A DNA stretch of 62,975 nt, counting the filler, from Octopus bimaculoides (lineage: Eukaryota): NCBI RefSeq assembly GCF_001194135.2. It is 3 parts of 3 records of this genome, joined end to end, with 100 filler letters (N's around TTAATTAATTAA, not from the genome) between each part and the next. Parts side by side here need not be neighbours in the genome. Positions count along the whole stretch, not along the records: positions 1 to 24,146 come from NC_068982.1; 2 more parts are not named here. One strand, 5' to 3'. Of this stretch, positions 1-13,135 are shown in pieces; the stretch's first letter is position 1; each line of letters opens with the position of its first letter. The notes beneath the pieces were generated by a model. That model did no database searches. It was not told the origin of the DNA and was given only the letters and a program-made list of their open reading frames with translations. The position numbers were made by a program, and so were the translations under genes.

Positions 1-124
1 TAAATGTAACGGAAGTTAATTAGTCCGATAATGATTTTCAAAGTTAACCTGAAAGTTAAATCGTTAGCGAAAATGTTGACTTCGTTAATTAACGATTAAC
101 GGATTAACGGGCTTACGCCCAGCT
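1..124 (-). mobile_element. Possible end of a hAT-like DNA transposon/MITE
   Basis: Minus strand reads AGCTGGGCGTAAGCCCGTTAATCCGTTAATCGTTAATTAACG, with repeated TTAAC subterminal motifs. The other end is outside the window. Confidence 0.3.
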
Positions 125-127
125 CAT

Positions 128-176
<49 letters not shown>

Positions 177-275
177 GTTCAAAAACACAATAACAAAAAA
201 ACAAAAAAAAAACAAAGTGAGGACGTGATATGGATAGTATTATTGGACGCTCAGGAAAGGAAAGAGAGAGTGTAT

Positions 276-302
276 GACGTTTCGGGCGTAGCCCTTCGTC
301 GG
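276..302 (-). ncRNA. Minimal type I hammerhead-ribozyme-like motif (Penelope-type)
   Basis: CCGACGA-A-GGGC(TAC)GCCC-GAAA-CGTC: perfect 4-bp stem II, ACGT palindromic stem III, GUC triplet. U4 is C and stem I pairing is poor. Confidence 0.5.
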
Positions 303-1099
303 AAAGATGGAAAGTTCGGAGAATGGAAGAACGGAGAAAGAGGAAAATGGTACCGATGCCCACGAGGTTAGGTAATTGAAAAAGGTAATTGAAATTCATT
401 AAAATGCTAGGTTAAAATAAATTTGTTTGAAATTTTAAGCTGTATCCATTATTTTGACCAACCACTGTATATAGATATAGAAAACAAAGCTATTTTATTC
501 CACAAGGGTAGAAATATAGGAAAAATAGAAGTTGAAAATGCAATGTGAATAGTGTGAGTCTTTTTTTAATTATATTTAAAGATATAACTGGTTATATTTA
601 TATAATGATATAAAAAAAATATATATGCATATATACATATATGTGCATACTTATATATATATGTATATATATGTGTATATATAGGTATAGGACGTCATAA
701 AGCGTAAACAACATGGAATATAAAATAAACATGAAATACAAAATACGAAAACAACACGAAATACGATGACAAACTTGGGTATACGAACAACGAGAGAAAC
801 AAATGGAGAATGAGACAAGTAACATAAAGAGCGACCCTTCATCAGTTGTCGGCTGTCCATCTANNNNNNNNNNTGGGTGGGGGTTGTGCGTGTATATATA
901 TATGTGCATGTATGTATGTATGTATGCATGTATGTGTGTGTGTTGTGTGTGTGTTGTGTGTGTGTGTACGTTGTGTGTTGTGCGTGTGTGTGTGTGTATG
1001 CATATATGTATGTATGTATGTATGTATGCATGCATGTATGTATGTATGTATGTATGTATGTTGTGTGTGTGTGTGTGTGTGTGTGTGCGTTGTGTGTGT

Positions 1100-1138
<39 letters not shown>

Positions 1139-2224
1139 TCATGCATTGATATACAGTATATCATTATACATACTGAAAAACAACATATATACAACATAGA
1201 CTAAGTAAAAATGACTTCAGTTTACAGATTTCAAAATGGAGAGAAGATGAATTTTTTTTATAAATTCGATATGTTATTGAAATACTTACTAAATGCTAAT
1301 CAACCAACTAAATTTGAGAATTTCCTACTGCAGCAATTGTTGTTTATCTCTTTGTTTCTCCATCATCATAACGAAGTTTCGTCGTTGGTTTCTAAAACAG
1401 AGAGGAACAACTGCAAGCTGTCAAGGAGCATGTTTAATTTCAACTTATTTTCATCAAGTTTTTGTACACAACAGCAACTGAGAGGTGCCAACCAAAGCAG
1501 TATTTATTTAAGAAGCTAATTACAGCTAAATTTTCATCTTCTAAAGTCAACATTCTTCAGAAAGCCAACACAGCTGGGCGAAGACGGACGCCAATAATTA
1601 CCTAGTAGAGTATTTGTTTTTGTAAACTGTAAAACTTCGTAAATGTACTATATTGTACAGTGTTGTTGCATTCTAAGTTGCAGGTTGTATTTTATTGAAT
1701 TAGTTGCTGGCTCACTGCAATCTTTTAAGTCCAAATATTATGAAACTTTTATCTTACGATAATGTTTCTAACTATTGCTTAATTCATATACACATTCAAG
1801 TATAGTAGAGCAGAAATGCATACGTATGCACACAATTTTATGCTCACATGCACACATACATAAACTCCACACACACACAAGCTCGTTTTCTATTTATCTA
1901 CTTCTCATTCTCTCCCTATACATATTTGCACGCATCAACATATACACATGTAAGCACACAAATACTACACAGAAATATAATACCTTGTGTTTGGAGGCAT
2001 AAAAATAGCCCGTTAAATCTTTATTATAAAAGCATTAACTCGTTCCTTATGCAAGTGTAGCCAATTGCCTGCAAACAATTCTTATGGCTCTGTAATGGAT
2101 ATTTCAGATGGTAGAGGCTTCCAGAACTAAATATTTAAAGGTTTAAGCAAACGAGGATATTCGACAAATCAATAATGATATAATGAAACTCTGAGATACA
2201 AAATTTACAGAAATGGCCGTTGAC

Positions 2225-2401
2225 GTACAGATTTACTCGTGTATAAGTCATACTATTTTATACTCTATAATTTTAATTGGGAAAAAATGTTATACGACTT
2301 ATACTCGGGGAAAAGCTAAACCTATGAAGGGAAGTATTTTGTACCAAGATTTAACACTAAATTAAGGGAGCGATCGATACACGGGTGCAACTTATACACG
2401 A
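2225..2401. mobile_element. pogo/Tigger-like MITE fragment
   Basis: TTTACTCGTGTATAAGTC end with inverted echoes GACTTATACTCG and AACTTATACACG. Confidence 0.45.
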
Positions 2402-2409
2402 TTTCGAAA

Positions 2410-3290
2410 TGATTCCAAGCTCCAGAGGGCCAGAGACAGTATGGGAGACCGGACATGCGTTCAGTCGGATCTGTTTGTTGTTGTTCAATGGGTGGAAAAG
2501 AACAGTATGCTTCTAGATGAAGATAAGTTTAATTTGATCCGATTTGGAAAAGAGGATACTCTGAAACTACCAAATGCTCTTCCCTTGTGTCATCAAACAA
2601 CACCAGGGGCCTTTGAGTAATTGTTGATAACAATCTAAGCTGGAGTTCCCACGTAAACAGCAAGGTTGACTTGGCCCGCAAGATGTGCTTCTGGATTCTG
2701 AGAACTTTCCGGTCTAAAGATGCCCACACCATTCTTCTCTATTCTACTTTTGTCCGACCCCCACCTTGAATACTATTGCTCACTGTGGTCTCCCCATACG
2801 AAGCAACTCATTATGAAAGTGGAAGCACTCCAGAGGTCAATAACAAGAAAGATAGACGGCATGAGAAGTATTGACTATTCTCTCCAACGCTACCGTGAGC
2901 GCTACATCATTTGTGTGAAGTGGAAACTATTCCATCAGTATTGTACAAATGATGTTGGCATTAATTTTAAAATCCACCCATGACTTGGACCCCGTGCTAT
3001 CTGCCCACTACAAAAATCGAACTCAAGACATAACTACATTACGACACAACTACTTTACCTCAACCGGTCCAGCTCTCTTTAATATCATGCCAAAATACAT
3101 CAAAACGGAAACAGATCCCATAAAATTCAAAAGTTCTCTGGACAAATTTCTCCCCAAAATCCCGGACTAAACCTTCTACACCCGGATATGTCTCCAACAA
3201 TAATAACACTTTGCTAGAGTGAGCCATAGTGTTCCATATATAACTGAAGTGTGAATCACAATCTAAAAGACTTCACCAGGTGGTGCTATT
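2410..3290 (+). mobile_element. CR1-clade LINE, decayed 3-prime end of reverse transcriptase ORF
   Basis: Frameshifted peptides CVQSDLFVVVQWVEKNSM, LSWSSHV, LEYYCSLWSP, LQRYRERY, FKSSLDKFLPKIPD. Confidence 0.85.
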
Positions 3291-3937
3291 AAGGCTCAAA
3301 GGAACCTGGACGCGATCGCTTGACCCACAAGAAATAGTGGATAAATCTCCCTCAAATCACAAACCCAACTGTTTCTAAAAAACTTACATAAAATATAGTA
3401 TGCCTGAATAAGAAAATAGGATGGACACTGTTAAAATGCCTGTAATAAGTATTAAATGAGTTTGTGAGTACAGTTATAATCTACATGAAAATGGATTTGT
3501 TTTACTGGAAATTCGATTTTATATTGATTGTAAAATTAGGAAAGTGGTACAAGTAAAGCGAAATAGCTTCGAGCATGGGACTGAAGTCATATAGTGAACT
3601 CACCTTCTCACAGAAGCAGTGGATCGCAAATTTTTAACGTAAAAGATATATATTTCGTATGAAATACCCTAGCAAACGTTATGCTGTACAAGACATGGTG
3701 GGTGCTTTACAAAGAACGGAGTGTCTAACAACTAATTGTAGTCACAGACGTTAGATACTGATCGTTGTGGTTAGCCGTTTACTGGAACTTAACTGAGAGC
3801 TAATACGGTATCCGTCCGGATAATATACCCCCTCCAGGCTCACTTATATATAGCAAGAAAAAACAACAATGCGAGGACGTGGAACAAGTGCTGTTATTAG
3901 ACGCTCAGGAAAGGAAAGAAAAGAAAGAGAATTTCCC

Positions 3938-3961
3938 TTTTCGAGCGGTGCTCTTCATCAG
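3938..3961 (-). ncRNA. Hammerhead-like core, degenerate 3-prime side
   Basis: CTGATGA-A-GAGC(ACC)GCTC-GAAA. The flank at 3870-3920 resembles 220-270, so both belong to one repeat family. Confidence 0.5.
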
Positions 3962-4118
3962 AAATATAGAAAAAGTCCAAAGAAGGGAAGACGGAGAAAA
4001 AAAATCGCCAATGATACACACGTGGTCACACACACACACACATATATCAGCCGCCATGATTGACTGCTTGCTCCAAAAGTTTTTTTAAAAATCTCTCTCT
4101 GTCTATTTCCTCATGTTC

Positions 4119-4154
4119 CTTTCTGTTGAAGAGCTTAGGCTCAAAACGTAAAAG
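4119..4154 (+). ncRNA. Degenerate hammerhead-like motif
   Basis: CTTT-CTGTTGA-A-GAGC(TTAG)GCTC-AAAA-CGTA-AAAG: stems I and II pair, but core positions are mutated. Confidence 0.4.
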
Positions 4155-4257
4155 ACTTTCTCACCTTCCCGAGCGTTAAACTAATACACCTGTTTGTTGT
4201 TTATACACCTGTCTTCGTCTTTTATTTTTTTGTAAATTTCAACTATACATATATATC

Positions 4258-4740
4258 CTTTGGTAAGATTTGAACTCGGGACGTAAAGAACTGGAAGAAA
4301 TACCTGAATGTATTTTGTCCAACACTAATCTACCAATCTACTACCCTACAAAATAACACTAATAATGGTTACCAATTTTAGAACAATGTCAGCAGTTTTC
4401 AGGGGAGGGAATTAATCGTTACAATCATAGTTGACTGGCACTTTACTTAATCGACCCGGAGGGATAAAATGCGAATTTGACCTTGGCTGCACTTGAACTC
4501 AAAATCGGAACAGATACCATTTTGTTCGATACTCTAACGACTGTGCCAATAGCCACCTACGCTGATAACCCTAAGACCTGAAATTTTGTGGAAGGGGCTT
4601 AGTCGATTATATCGACCCCAGTGTGCAGGTGGTATTTATTTCATCAGCCCCGAAAAGATGACCTCAACGGCATTTGAATTCAGAGCGTGAAGACGGACGA
4701 AATGCCATTTAGCATTTTGTTCGGCGTGCAAACGATTCTG
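4258..4740 (-). mobile_element. Cluster of three degraded SINE family B copies
   Basis: Reverse-complement matches to the GTTCTGAGTTCAAATTCCGCCGAGGTCGAC...GGGGTCGAT module. Confidence 0.65.
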
Positions 4741-4817
4741 TTAATGTTAACAGCTTTTATGGCAGCAATATTAACGGCTGTACCAGTAAGAGGGGTTACT
4801 TCAAAAAGAGAGCGAGC

Positions 4818-4864
<47 letters not shown>

Positions 4865-5714
4865 AGGAAGAAGGGAGAGGGAAAATCACTAAAAATTGCA
4901 ATCTTTTTAGTGTTGTTGTTGTTGTTGCTGTGCTTTTGTTTAAGCCGATGTCAAACTTGATGGAAAAGATCAGAACTCTAAAACAGCTTAGTCATAACCA
5001 TCTCATATAATTAGAAGTATATAGGACTACATTATATATGACGGGGAGATGTGATTTGACGGATATTTGACTTTTATTTTCTACAGATATCCTTTATTAC
5101 GAATTTCTGTATCCTGACATACTGATATGCTATGTCTCCACCTAGTGGAGAGTCACACCGCACAAGCCAATATGGAAACCTCTATAAGGTAACCTACTTG
5201 CTAGAAATAACAGCCAGCTGTTTCGTAAAACCTATCCAGGTCTTTTTTTTTCTAATAGGACACATTAGTAAATACAACTAAAAAGGCACAATGGTCAAGG
5301 AACGGATGCTTTTAATCATAGACCTATTTTATCACCATTGACCTATGTTTAAACTACAACAACGACGACAGCAACATTATGAACATCAGTAAGAAACGTG
5401 CCGATGAGGTAAACTCTATATGGCAATACGATCTGCTAGAAATAACAGCCATGTAAATCTTCATCAAATTAAATCCTACCGTCTTTTAAACAATATATAA
5501 AAACGAAGCAAATAAACGACAGAACGACTCATCAGTTAATGTAGTTCCAGTTATATAATGGACAAGAGACGGAGTGGACGGACATGGCTGGAAAGCCTTG
5601 GAGAAAACGCCTGCTTGATCAACAATGACAACAGCTACAACAGCAACAACAGTAGTAGTTGCAGTGATAGTAACGTTGTTGATATAATAACTCCACGGCA
5701 CAAAACAATAATAA

Positions 5715-5760
<46 letters not shown>

Positions 5761-6224
5761 GTCGTCGTCGTCGTCATCATCATCATCATCATCATCGTCG
5801 TGGTCGTCGTGGTCGTGGTCGTGGTCGTCGTAGTCGTCGTGGTCGTCATCATCATCCGTATCAGCGGCGGCAGCAGAAGTAGCAGCAGCAGCAGCAGCAG
5901 CAGCGCGGTAACGGTGGCAGGAGTAGCAGCAACATTGATGTTATAACAGCAACAGGAGAAGAAAAATCGGCAGCAACANNNNNNNNNNNNNNNNNNNNNN
6001 NNNNNNNNNNNGTAGTAGTAATAGTGGTAGTAGTAGTAATAGTGGTAGTAGTAGTAGTGGTAGTAGTAGTAGTAGTGGTAGTAGTAGTGGTAGTGGTAGT
6101 AGTAGTAGTAGTAGTATGAGGATGAGGATGAGTAGAAGGGTTGGCAGTAGTAACAGTGTCGTCAACAGCATCATCATTAGCAGCAGCAGCAGTAGTAGTT
6201 GTAGTTGTTGTAGTAGTAGTAGTT

Positions 6225-6269
<45 letters not shown>

Positions 6270-6350
6270 CGAAGCGGAGGAATTGACGGAACAGTAGTAG
6301 TAGTAACAGCAGCAGCAGCGGCGGCAGAAGCAGTAGTAGTAGTAGTAGTT
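5715..6350. repeat. Compound trinucleotide microsatellites (ATC, GTC, AGC, TAG)
   Basis: Directly visible. Confidence 0.95.
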
Positions 6351-7227
6351 CTTGTAGAGATTGCGAAAGCATTTTCTTCTTTCTCTGACTAATTAACGGA
6401 ATTTTCTATTTAAAGTTTAAAATATCTGGCNNNNNNNNNNNNNNNNNNNNNNNNNNNNNNNNNNNNNNNNNNNNNNNNNNNNNNNNNNNNNNNNNNNNNN
6501 NNNNNNNNNNNNNNNNNNNNNNNNNNNNNNNNNNNNNNNNNNNNNNNNNNNNNNNNNNNNNNNNNNNNNNNNNNNNNNNNNNNNNNNNNNNNNNNNNNNN
6601 NNNNNNNNNNNNNNNNNNNNNNNNNNNNNNNNNNNNNNNNNNNNNNNNNNNNNNNNNNNNNNNNNNNNNNNNNNNNNNNNNNNNNNNNNNNNNNNNNNNN
6701 NNNNNNNNNNNNNNNNNNNNNNNNNNNNNNNNNNNNNNNNNNNNNNNNNNNNNNNNNNNNNNNNNNNNNNNNNNNNNNNNNNNNNNNNNNNNNNNNNNNN
6801 NNNNNNNNNNNNNNNNNNNNNNNNNNNNNNNNNNNNNNNNNNNNNNNNNNNNNNNNNNNNNNNNNNNNNNNNNNNNNNNNNNNNNNNNNNNNNNNNNNNN
6901 NNNNNNNNNNNNNNNNNNNNNNNNNNNNNNNNNNNNNNNNNNNNNNNNNNNNNNNNNNNNNNNNNNNNNNNNNNNNNNNNNNNNNNNNNNNNNNNNNNNN
7001 NNNNNNNNNNNNNNNNNNNNNNNNNNNNNNNNNNNNNNNNNNNNNNNNNNNNNNNNNNNNNNNNNNNNNNNNNNNNNNNNNNNNNNNNNNNNNNNNNNNN
7101 NNNNNNNNNNNNNNNNNNNNNNNNNNNNNNNNNNNNNNNNNNNNNNNNNNNNNNNNNNNNNNNNNNNNNNNNNNNNNNNNNNNNNNNNNNNNNNNNNNNN
7201 NNNNNNNNNNNNNNNNNNNNNNNNNNN

Positions 7228-7700
7228 AAGAAGAGGGAAAAGAAGAAGGAAAAGAAGAAGAAGAAGAAGAAGAAGAAGAAAAAGAAGAAGAAAAAGAAGA
7301 AGAAGAAGAGAGAAGAAGAAGAAGAAGAAGAAGAAGAAGGAAAAAAGAAGCAGAAAAAGAAGAGGAAGAAGGAAAAGAAAAAGAAGGAAAAGAAAAAGAA
7401 GGAAAAGAAGAAAGTAAAGAAAAAGAAGTAGAAAAAGAAGAGGAAGAAGGAAAAGAAAAAAAGTAGAAAAAGAAGAGGAAGAAGGAAAAGAAGAAGCAGT
7501 AGAAAAAGAAGAGGAAAAAGGAAAAGAAGGAGGAAAAGAACATAAACAGAGGCATGGTAAAAGAGAGAGAGAGGAAGACAGATAAACAGAAACAGAAAAA
7601 AGAGAGATGGAGAGAGGGAGAGAAATAGAGGGAGAAAGAGAGAGAGATGGAGAGAGAGATAGAGAGAAAGAGAAAGAGAAATAGAGAAAGATAGAAAGAG
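7228..7700. repeat. (GAA)n / GA-rich low-complexity tract
   Basis: Directly visible. Confidence 0.95.
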
Positions 7701-8309
7701 GACATGCAAACATGAGGACATTCCACTCGCTATAATTTAAAACGGTGATGAATTAACAGACGATATCTTTACTGCTAATTTATCGTTCTTCTGGGATAAT
7801 TCTAGAATGATTTACTACTCGTCTTTCTGGATAATTGAGTTTACTATTGCAACCTTGTTGACCACTATCCATTCTTTAACAATGGCTATTATATAACGAA
7901 AAACCTAACGAAGTCTACAGCAGAAGCTAATCATTTAGAATCAATGTGCTTTCTCGTTCTAATAATAGTTGAACGCTTTTTTCCCGCTGTTAATATGTCC
8001 TAATAGAATTGTATGCTGACAAGGCTCTTTGCGATTCAAACTATGAACTATGTCGTACGTCAAGGTTCAGCTATGTCTCCAGTGTTCATAGTCTGTTATG
8101 ATCACCCGTGTATAACATTTCAAAACTGCATTACAGAAGACCAAGTTTCTTCTTTAGAGCTTTAAATACTTTAGGTCTGAGCAGTCGCTGGCCCACTGCG
8201 TTGCTTAAACAAAATCCCACATTAAGCCCATAATTTAAATTGGTTAACACTTACAGCTTGCCACGTTGTGTATATTAGCCTGCACTTGACTATATGATAT
8301 GATACGATA

Positions 8310-8344
<35 letters not shown>

Positions 8345-8345
8345 C

Positions 8346-8988
8346 TGGCACTGCATCGCTTACGACGTCGAGGGTTCCAGTCGATCCAATCAACGGAACA
8401 GCCTGCTCGTGAAATTAACGTGCAAATGGCTGAGCACTCCACAGACACGTGTACCCTTAATGTAGCTCTCGGGGAGATTCAGCGTGACACAGTGTGACAA
8501 GGCTGACCCTTNNNNNNNNNNNNNNNNNNNNNNNNNNNNNNNNNNNNNNNNNNNNNNNNNNNNNNNNNNNNNNNNNNNNNNNNNNNNNNNNNNNNNNNNN
8601 NNNNNNNNNNNNNNNNNNNNNNNNNNNNNNNNNNNNNNNNNNNNNNNNNNNNNNNNNNNNNNNNNNNNNNNNNNNNNNNNNNNNNNNNNNNNNNNNNNNN
8701 NNNNNNNNNNNNNNNNNNNNNNNNNNNNNNNNNNNNNNNNNNNNNNNNNNNNNNNNNNNNNNNNNNNNNNNNNNNNNNNNNNNNNNNNNNNNNNNNNNNN
8801 NNNNNNNNNNNNNNNNNNNNNNNNNNNNNNNNNNNNNNNNGCAGGGTTCGCCACCATCCCCTGCCGGAGCCTCGTGGAGCTTTAGGTGTCTTCGCACAAT
8901 AAACACTCACAACGCCCGGTCTGGGAATCGAAACCGCGATCCTATGACCGCGAGTCCGCTGTCCTAACCACTGGGCCATTGCGCCTCC
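8346..8988 (-). mobile_element. tRNA-derived SINE family A (gap inside), flanked by (CA)n
   Basis: Near-identical reverse complement of 9917-10296 at both ends. Confidence 0.9.
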
Positions 8989-8991
8989 ACA

Positions 8992-9026
<35 letters not shown>

Positions 9027-9916
9027 ATATATATATAAGAAATTAGAATGACGAATAAACAATTATGTTACAAACTTCATTAGCTTACAGCTGTTTCTGC
9101 TATAAGATGCAATACATTCAGAGTTCAACGCTTGAGTATCATCCTGTAGCTTCACCGGAGCTTTAAACACAGCCAAGCATACTGTGTGAAGACTATTTGC
9201 TACAATATAGCGCTATTCTAATGCCCGAGTGCGGATATTTCTTTAAGAAAAATATATAATTATGAGAATTCGATAAATTATTATCACTTTACGTATTTTA
9301 TACAAATGGCATGACGATTTGCTGTAAAAAAATGTCTGTTGTTGGAAAAATGTGTTTATTCTGAACTCATCGTGACTTTTGATGCTGAAATGATAAAACA
9401 TCTCGAGATAATTAATTCACGGTTTCATATGTGAGGGTAAAACATTAAAGAGATATTAAAGAAAATGTCCTGTTCCGTATTTTCAAAAAAAAAAAAAAGN
9501 NNNNNNNNNTCATTTCCTATAGGAAAAACGTCTTTTCACGCTTCATTTTGGCCAACACATTTGACAGCCATTTTGTTTTACTAAATCACGGTAGCGTCTA
9601 TTTAGCGCGGATAAGTTTTCATAAGTATGAAATTTAACGAAAAAAGAAAATTCATTAAGCGTAGGTTGACCTTGAAATGAACTTAAAAAAAACCTAGAAT
9701 TTGGATTTTCCTAATAATCTTAAGAAACCTGACCACAGCGTGGTCGTAACCGAGACCTAGTACCTATTCTAGGCCCAGCCCTTGCTTTGTTATGATTTTC
9801 TTATAATAAACATTTGTAACAAGCCATGCTGCTGTAGCCTAAATTAGAGGCCACATCAGCATAGTCACACACTTTGGTCACTCCAGGGTCTTTTACATTC
9901 TTTACTTACATAAATC

Positions 9917-10296
9917 GGAGACGCAATGGCCCAGTGGTTAGGGCAGCGGACTCGCGGTTATAGGATCGCGGTTTCGATTCCCAGACCGGGCGTTGTGAGT
10001 GTTTATTGAGCGAAAACACCTAAAGCTCCACGAGGCTCCGACAGAGGATGGTGGCGAACCCTGCTGTACTCTTTCACCACAACTTTCTCTCACTATTTCT
10101 TCCTGTTTCTGTTGTGCCTGTAATTCAAAGGGTCAGCCTTGTCACACTGTGTCACGCTGAATATCCCCGAGAACTACGTTAAGGGTACACGTATCTGTGG
10201 AGCGCTCAGCCACTTGCACGTTAATTTCACGAGCAGGCTGTTCCGTTGATCGGATCGACTGGAACCCTCGACGTCGTAAGCGACGCAGTGCCAACA
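9917..10296 (+). mobile_element. Full-length tRNA-derived SINE family A with 13-bp TSD
   Basis: A box TGGCCCAGTGG and B box GGTTTCGATTCC. ACTTACATAAATC is duplicated at 9904-9916 and 10297-10309. Confidence 0.92.
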
Positions 10297-10309
10297 ACTT
10301 ACATAAATC

Positions 10310-10880
10310 AAACGCCAAATATGAATGTGTTTTGAAGCAGTTCTGTGTCAATCAAGGTGCAGAGCATGTTCGATTACTGCTTTATACAGAAATGGTTGTC
10401 AAAAGGAAATTGCTTGAAGTGGTTCATGGAGTTATTTGATGAAATGAAGTTACTGTCAACTACAGACCGCAAAGCATATGTCAGTTATTTGACAGTATCT
10501 TCGAGAAATTAAGCAGCTTGAACAAGCAACTCCAAGTAGTAAAGATAACTCTTGTTGATGCAAAAACAAAGATTTTCGGATTCACTATAGCCTTAGAATT
10601 ATGCCTAAGGAATATCTCTACAAGAAATTTCAGTCGATTTTACTAGCTGAATCAGTGAGGCAACTAATATTACTAGAGAGGTATTTGTTTGAACATTTTA
10701 AAATGCTAATAAAAGACTTCAATGACAGATTTGGTGATTTAGAGAAAATGACTTTTCCTCCTTGGTTAACTCAACCATTGCTAGTTGATATCTCTGAAGT
10801 TCCGATGCTGTTCCAAGAAGAGTTATCAGAATTGTAACATGATGAATCAGTGAATACTATATTCAAAATGAAAGAACCAA
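10310..10880 (+). pseudogene. hAT (Charlie/Buster-type) transposase relic
   Basis: Broken peptides KQFCVNQGAEHVRLLLYTE, EKLSSLNKQLQ, DAKTKIFGF, HFKMLIKDFNDRFGDL, FPPWLTQP, FQEELSEL. Confidence 0.8.
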
Positions 10881-10881
10881 G

Positions 10882-10940
<59 letters not shown>

Positions 10941-10979
10941 TACATACAAATATATGTATACACGCATACACATGCATAA

Positions 10980-11267
10980 CATGATCACGTGATAGACCAG
11001 ACTATCGGATATTATATATCGCTTGGTTACAATGCTCTTTGCATTAGTTTTAGCTTTCGAATGATGCCACCCCGCTGGCTAGGCAATCAGGCCAACATTT
11101 TTCCCTGATCGGAAAGCCAGTCCGTCATAGGTTGAACCATTTACAGCTAAATGAACTGGAGTAACGTGAAATGAAGTGTTTTTTGCTCAAGAATACAACG
11201 AGTAGCTCGGCCAAGCAATCGAACCCACAATCTAACGATCGTGACTGTAGCACCTTAGCCACTAGGC
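10980..11267 (-). mobile_element. tRNA-derived SINE family E
   Basis: Minus strand has a tRNA-like head (CCTAGTGGCTAAGG...GGGTTCGAT), then TTCTTGAGCAA and CTCCAGTTCATTTAGCTGTAAATG, shared with 31582 and about 48650. Confidence 0.7.
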
Positions 11268-11284
11268 TAGAGAAAGAACATGTA

Positions 11285-11534
11285 TAAGGTGTTCAAAAAG
11301 TCTCTCCGCAGTGAATTTTAATTTTTTTTTTTTGTACACGATGTACTTCGAAACATGTGTAGAAGAGTCAACTTATGAATTGAAAATGAAGGACGACGCT
11401 TTCAACACCTCTTATAAAGTTTTTTTTTTAAGTCTTGTAAAGTCTAATATATTCTTTTGTAGTCTTGTACCATCTTATAAAATATTTATCTTGCAATAAA
11501 ATACTTACTGCGGAGAGACTTTTTGAACACCCTG
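11285..11534. mobile_element. Tc1/mariner-type MITE, about 250 bp
   Basis: 28-bp terminal inverted repeats (C/T)A(G/A)GGTGTTCAAAAAGTCTCTCCGCAGT with TA on both flanks. Confidence 0.88.
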
Positions 11535-12029
11535 TAAAACACACACACACACACACGCACACATACACACACATGTATGTATGTATGTATGCACATCCAC
11601 CCACGCATGTATAATGGATATAATACGCTTATGTAAGTGTGATGTAGATGGTCATCAACTAGTTCACTGAGAAATCCGAAACTTAAACACCAACTTTATA
11701 TAGTCCGGAGTTAGAAAGTGGTCTAGAACGATCGCCATCGAGCAGGTGTTGAAGTATAGTGACAAACTAATACAGGCATAAGGAATGAATTTATATGAAA
11801 AGTTGTATATAAAATTTGTGTACAACATGATGTAATCAAGCCTTATCTTTACAGCTGTTTCGGATAATCAATGACTGGTTGATATAACTATGCATATTAT
11901 GCAAGGAAATCCAGTATTGAGTCGATATTGTTTGTATGCATAAAAGCAAAGGAAGTGTGTCAACTAGCAATTTTTGTAATAGCTTCGAGCAAAGTCACGA
12001 TATCCTCATCAGACGTGTGTATGTGTGTG

Positions 12030-12176
12030 TGTTTACGTCCCTGTAATCTAGCGGTTCGGCCAAAAGAAACCGATAGAATAAGTACTAAGCATATAAAGAA
12101 TGGGGTCGATTTGCTCAACTAAAGGCGGTGCTCCAGCAGCATGGCCGCAGTCAGATGACTGAAACAAGTAAAAGAG

Positions 12177-12180
<4 letters not shown>
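12030..12180 (+). mobile_element. SINE family C, 3-prime half
   Basis: GGGGTCGATTTGCTCAACTAAAGGCGGTGCTCCAGC...GACTGAAACAAGTAAAAGAG. Confidence 0.85.
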
Positions 12181-12207
<27 letters not shown>

Positions 12208-12974
12208 NNNNNNNNNNNNNNNNNNNNNNNNNNNNNNNNNNNNNNNNNNNNNNNNNNNNNNNNNNNNNNNNNNNNNNNNNNNNNNNNNNNNNNNNNNNNN
12301 NNNNNNNNNNNNNNNNNNNNNNNNNNNNNNNNNNNNNNNNNNNNNNNNNNNNNNNNNNNNNNNNNNNNNNNNNNNNNNNNNNNNNNNNNNNNNNNNNNNN
12401 NNNNNNNNNNNNNNNNNNNNNNNNNNNNNNNNNNNNNNNNNNNNNNNNNNNNNNNNNNNNNNNNNNNNNNNNNNNNNNNNNNNNNNNNNNNNNNNNNNNN
12501 NNNNNNNNNNNNNNNNNNNNNNNNNNNNNNNNNNNNNNNNNNNNNNNNNNNNNNNNNNNNNNNNNNNNNNNNNNNNNNNNNNNNNNNNNNNNNNNNNNNN
12601 NNNNNNNNNNNNNNNNNNNNNNNNNNNNNNNNNNNNNNNNNNNNNNNNNNNNNNNNNNNNNNNNNNNNNNNNNNNNNNNNNNNNNNNNNNNNNNNNATAT
12701 ATATATATATATATATATATACATACATATATACATACATACATACTTCAGCAGAATAATTGCAAAAGCAGTAATTGCAAGTTCAGTAAACTTCTTTGCT
12801 CTCAGCAGGGCTTAATTAGAATGATATTAATTTGAGGATTTAAAATGGTTTAGTGGTTTGTTTTTCTTGTATCGTATTGTCATCAAGTTACATCACTAAG
12901 TGTCTTCGTTACAACAGTAATAATGATAACGATGATGAAAGTGGTGGTAGGGGTGTTAGTTGATGCGGTAGGAG

Positions 12975-13078
12975 TTATACATCGTTGTGGTTAGTAAAAG
13001 TAGTGATAATGACGATGATGATGACGATGATGATGATGATGATAATGATGATGACCACGACGACGATGATATTGATGG

Positions 13079-13120
<42 letters not shown>

Positions 13121-13135
13121 CGACGACGACGACCA
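12975..13135. repeat. (GAT/GAC)n microsatellite
   Basis: Directly visible. Confidence 0.95.

Noticed and set aside
598-1199. Long ORFs rich in HT/CV/YI repeats here and throughout the ORF track
   Set aside because: They are translations of CA/TA/TATG microsatellites, or run through N gaps.
9075-9100. GAAACAGCTGTAA motifs (9085 and 11850 on the minus strand, 27305 on the plus strand) as further hammerheads
   Set aside because: Only the 3-prime half is present, with no CUGANGA core or stem II in register.
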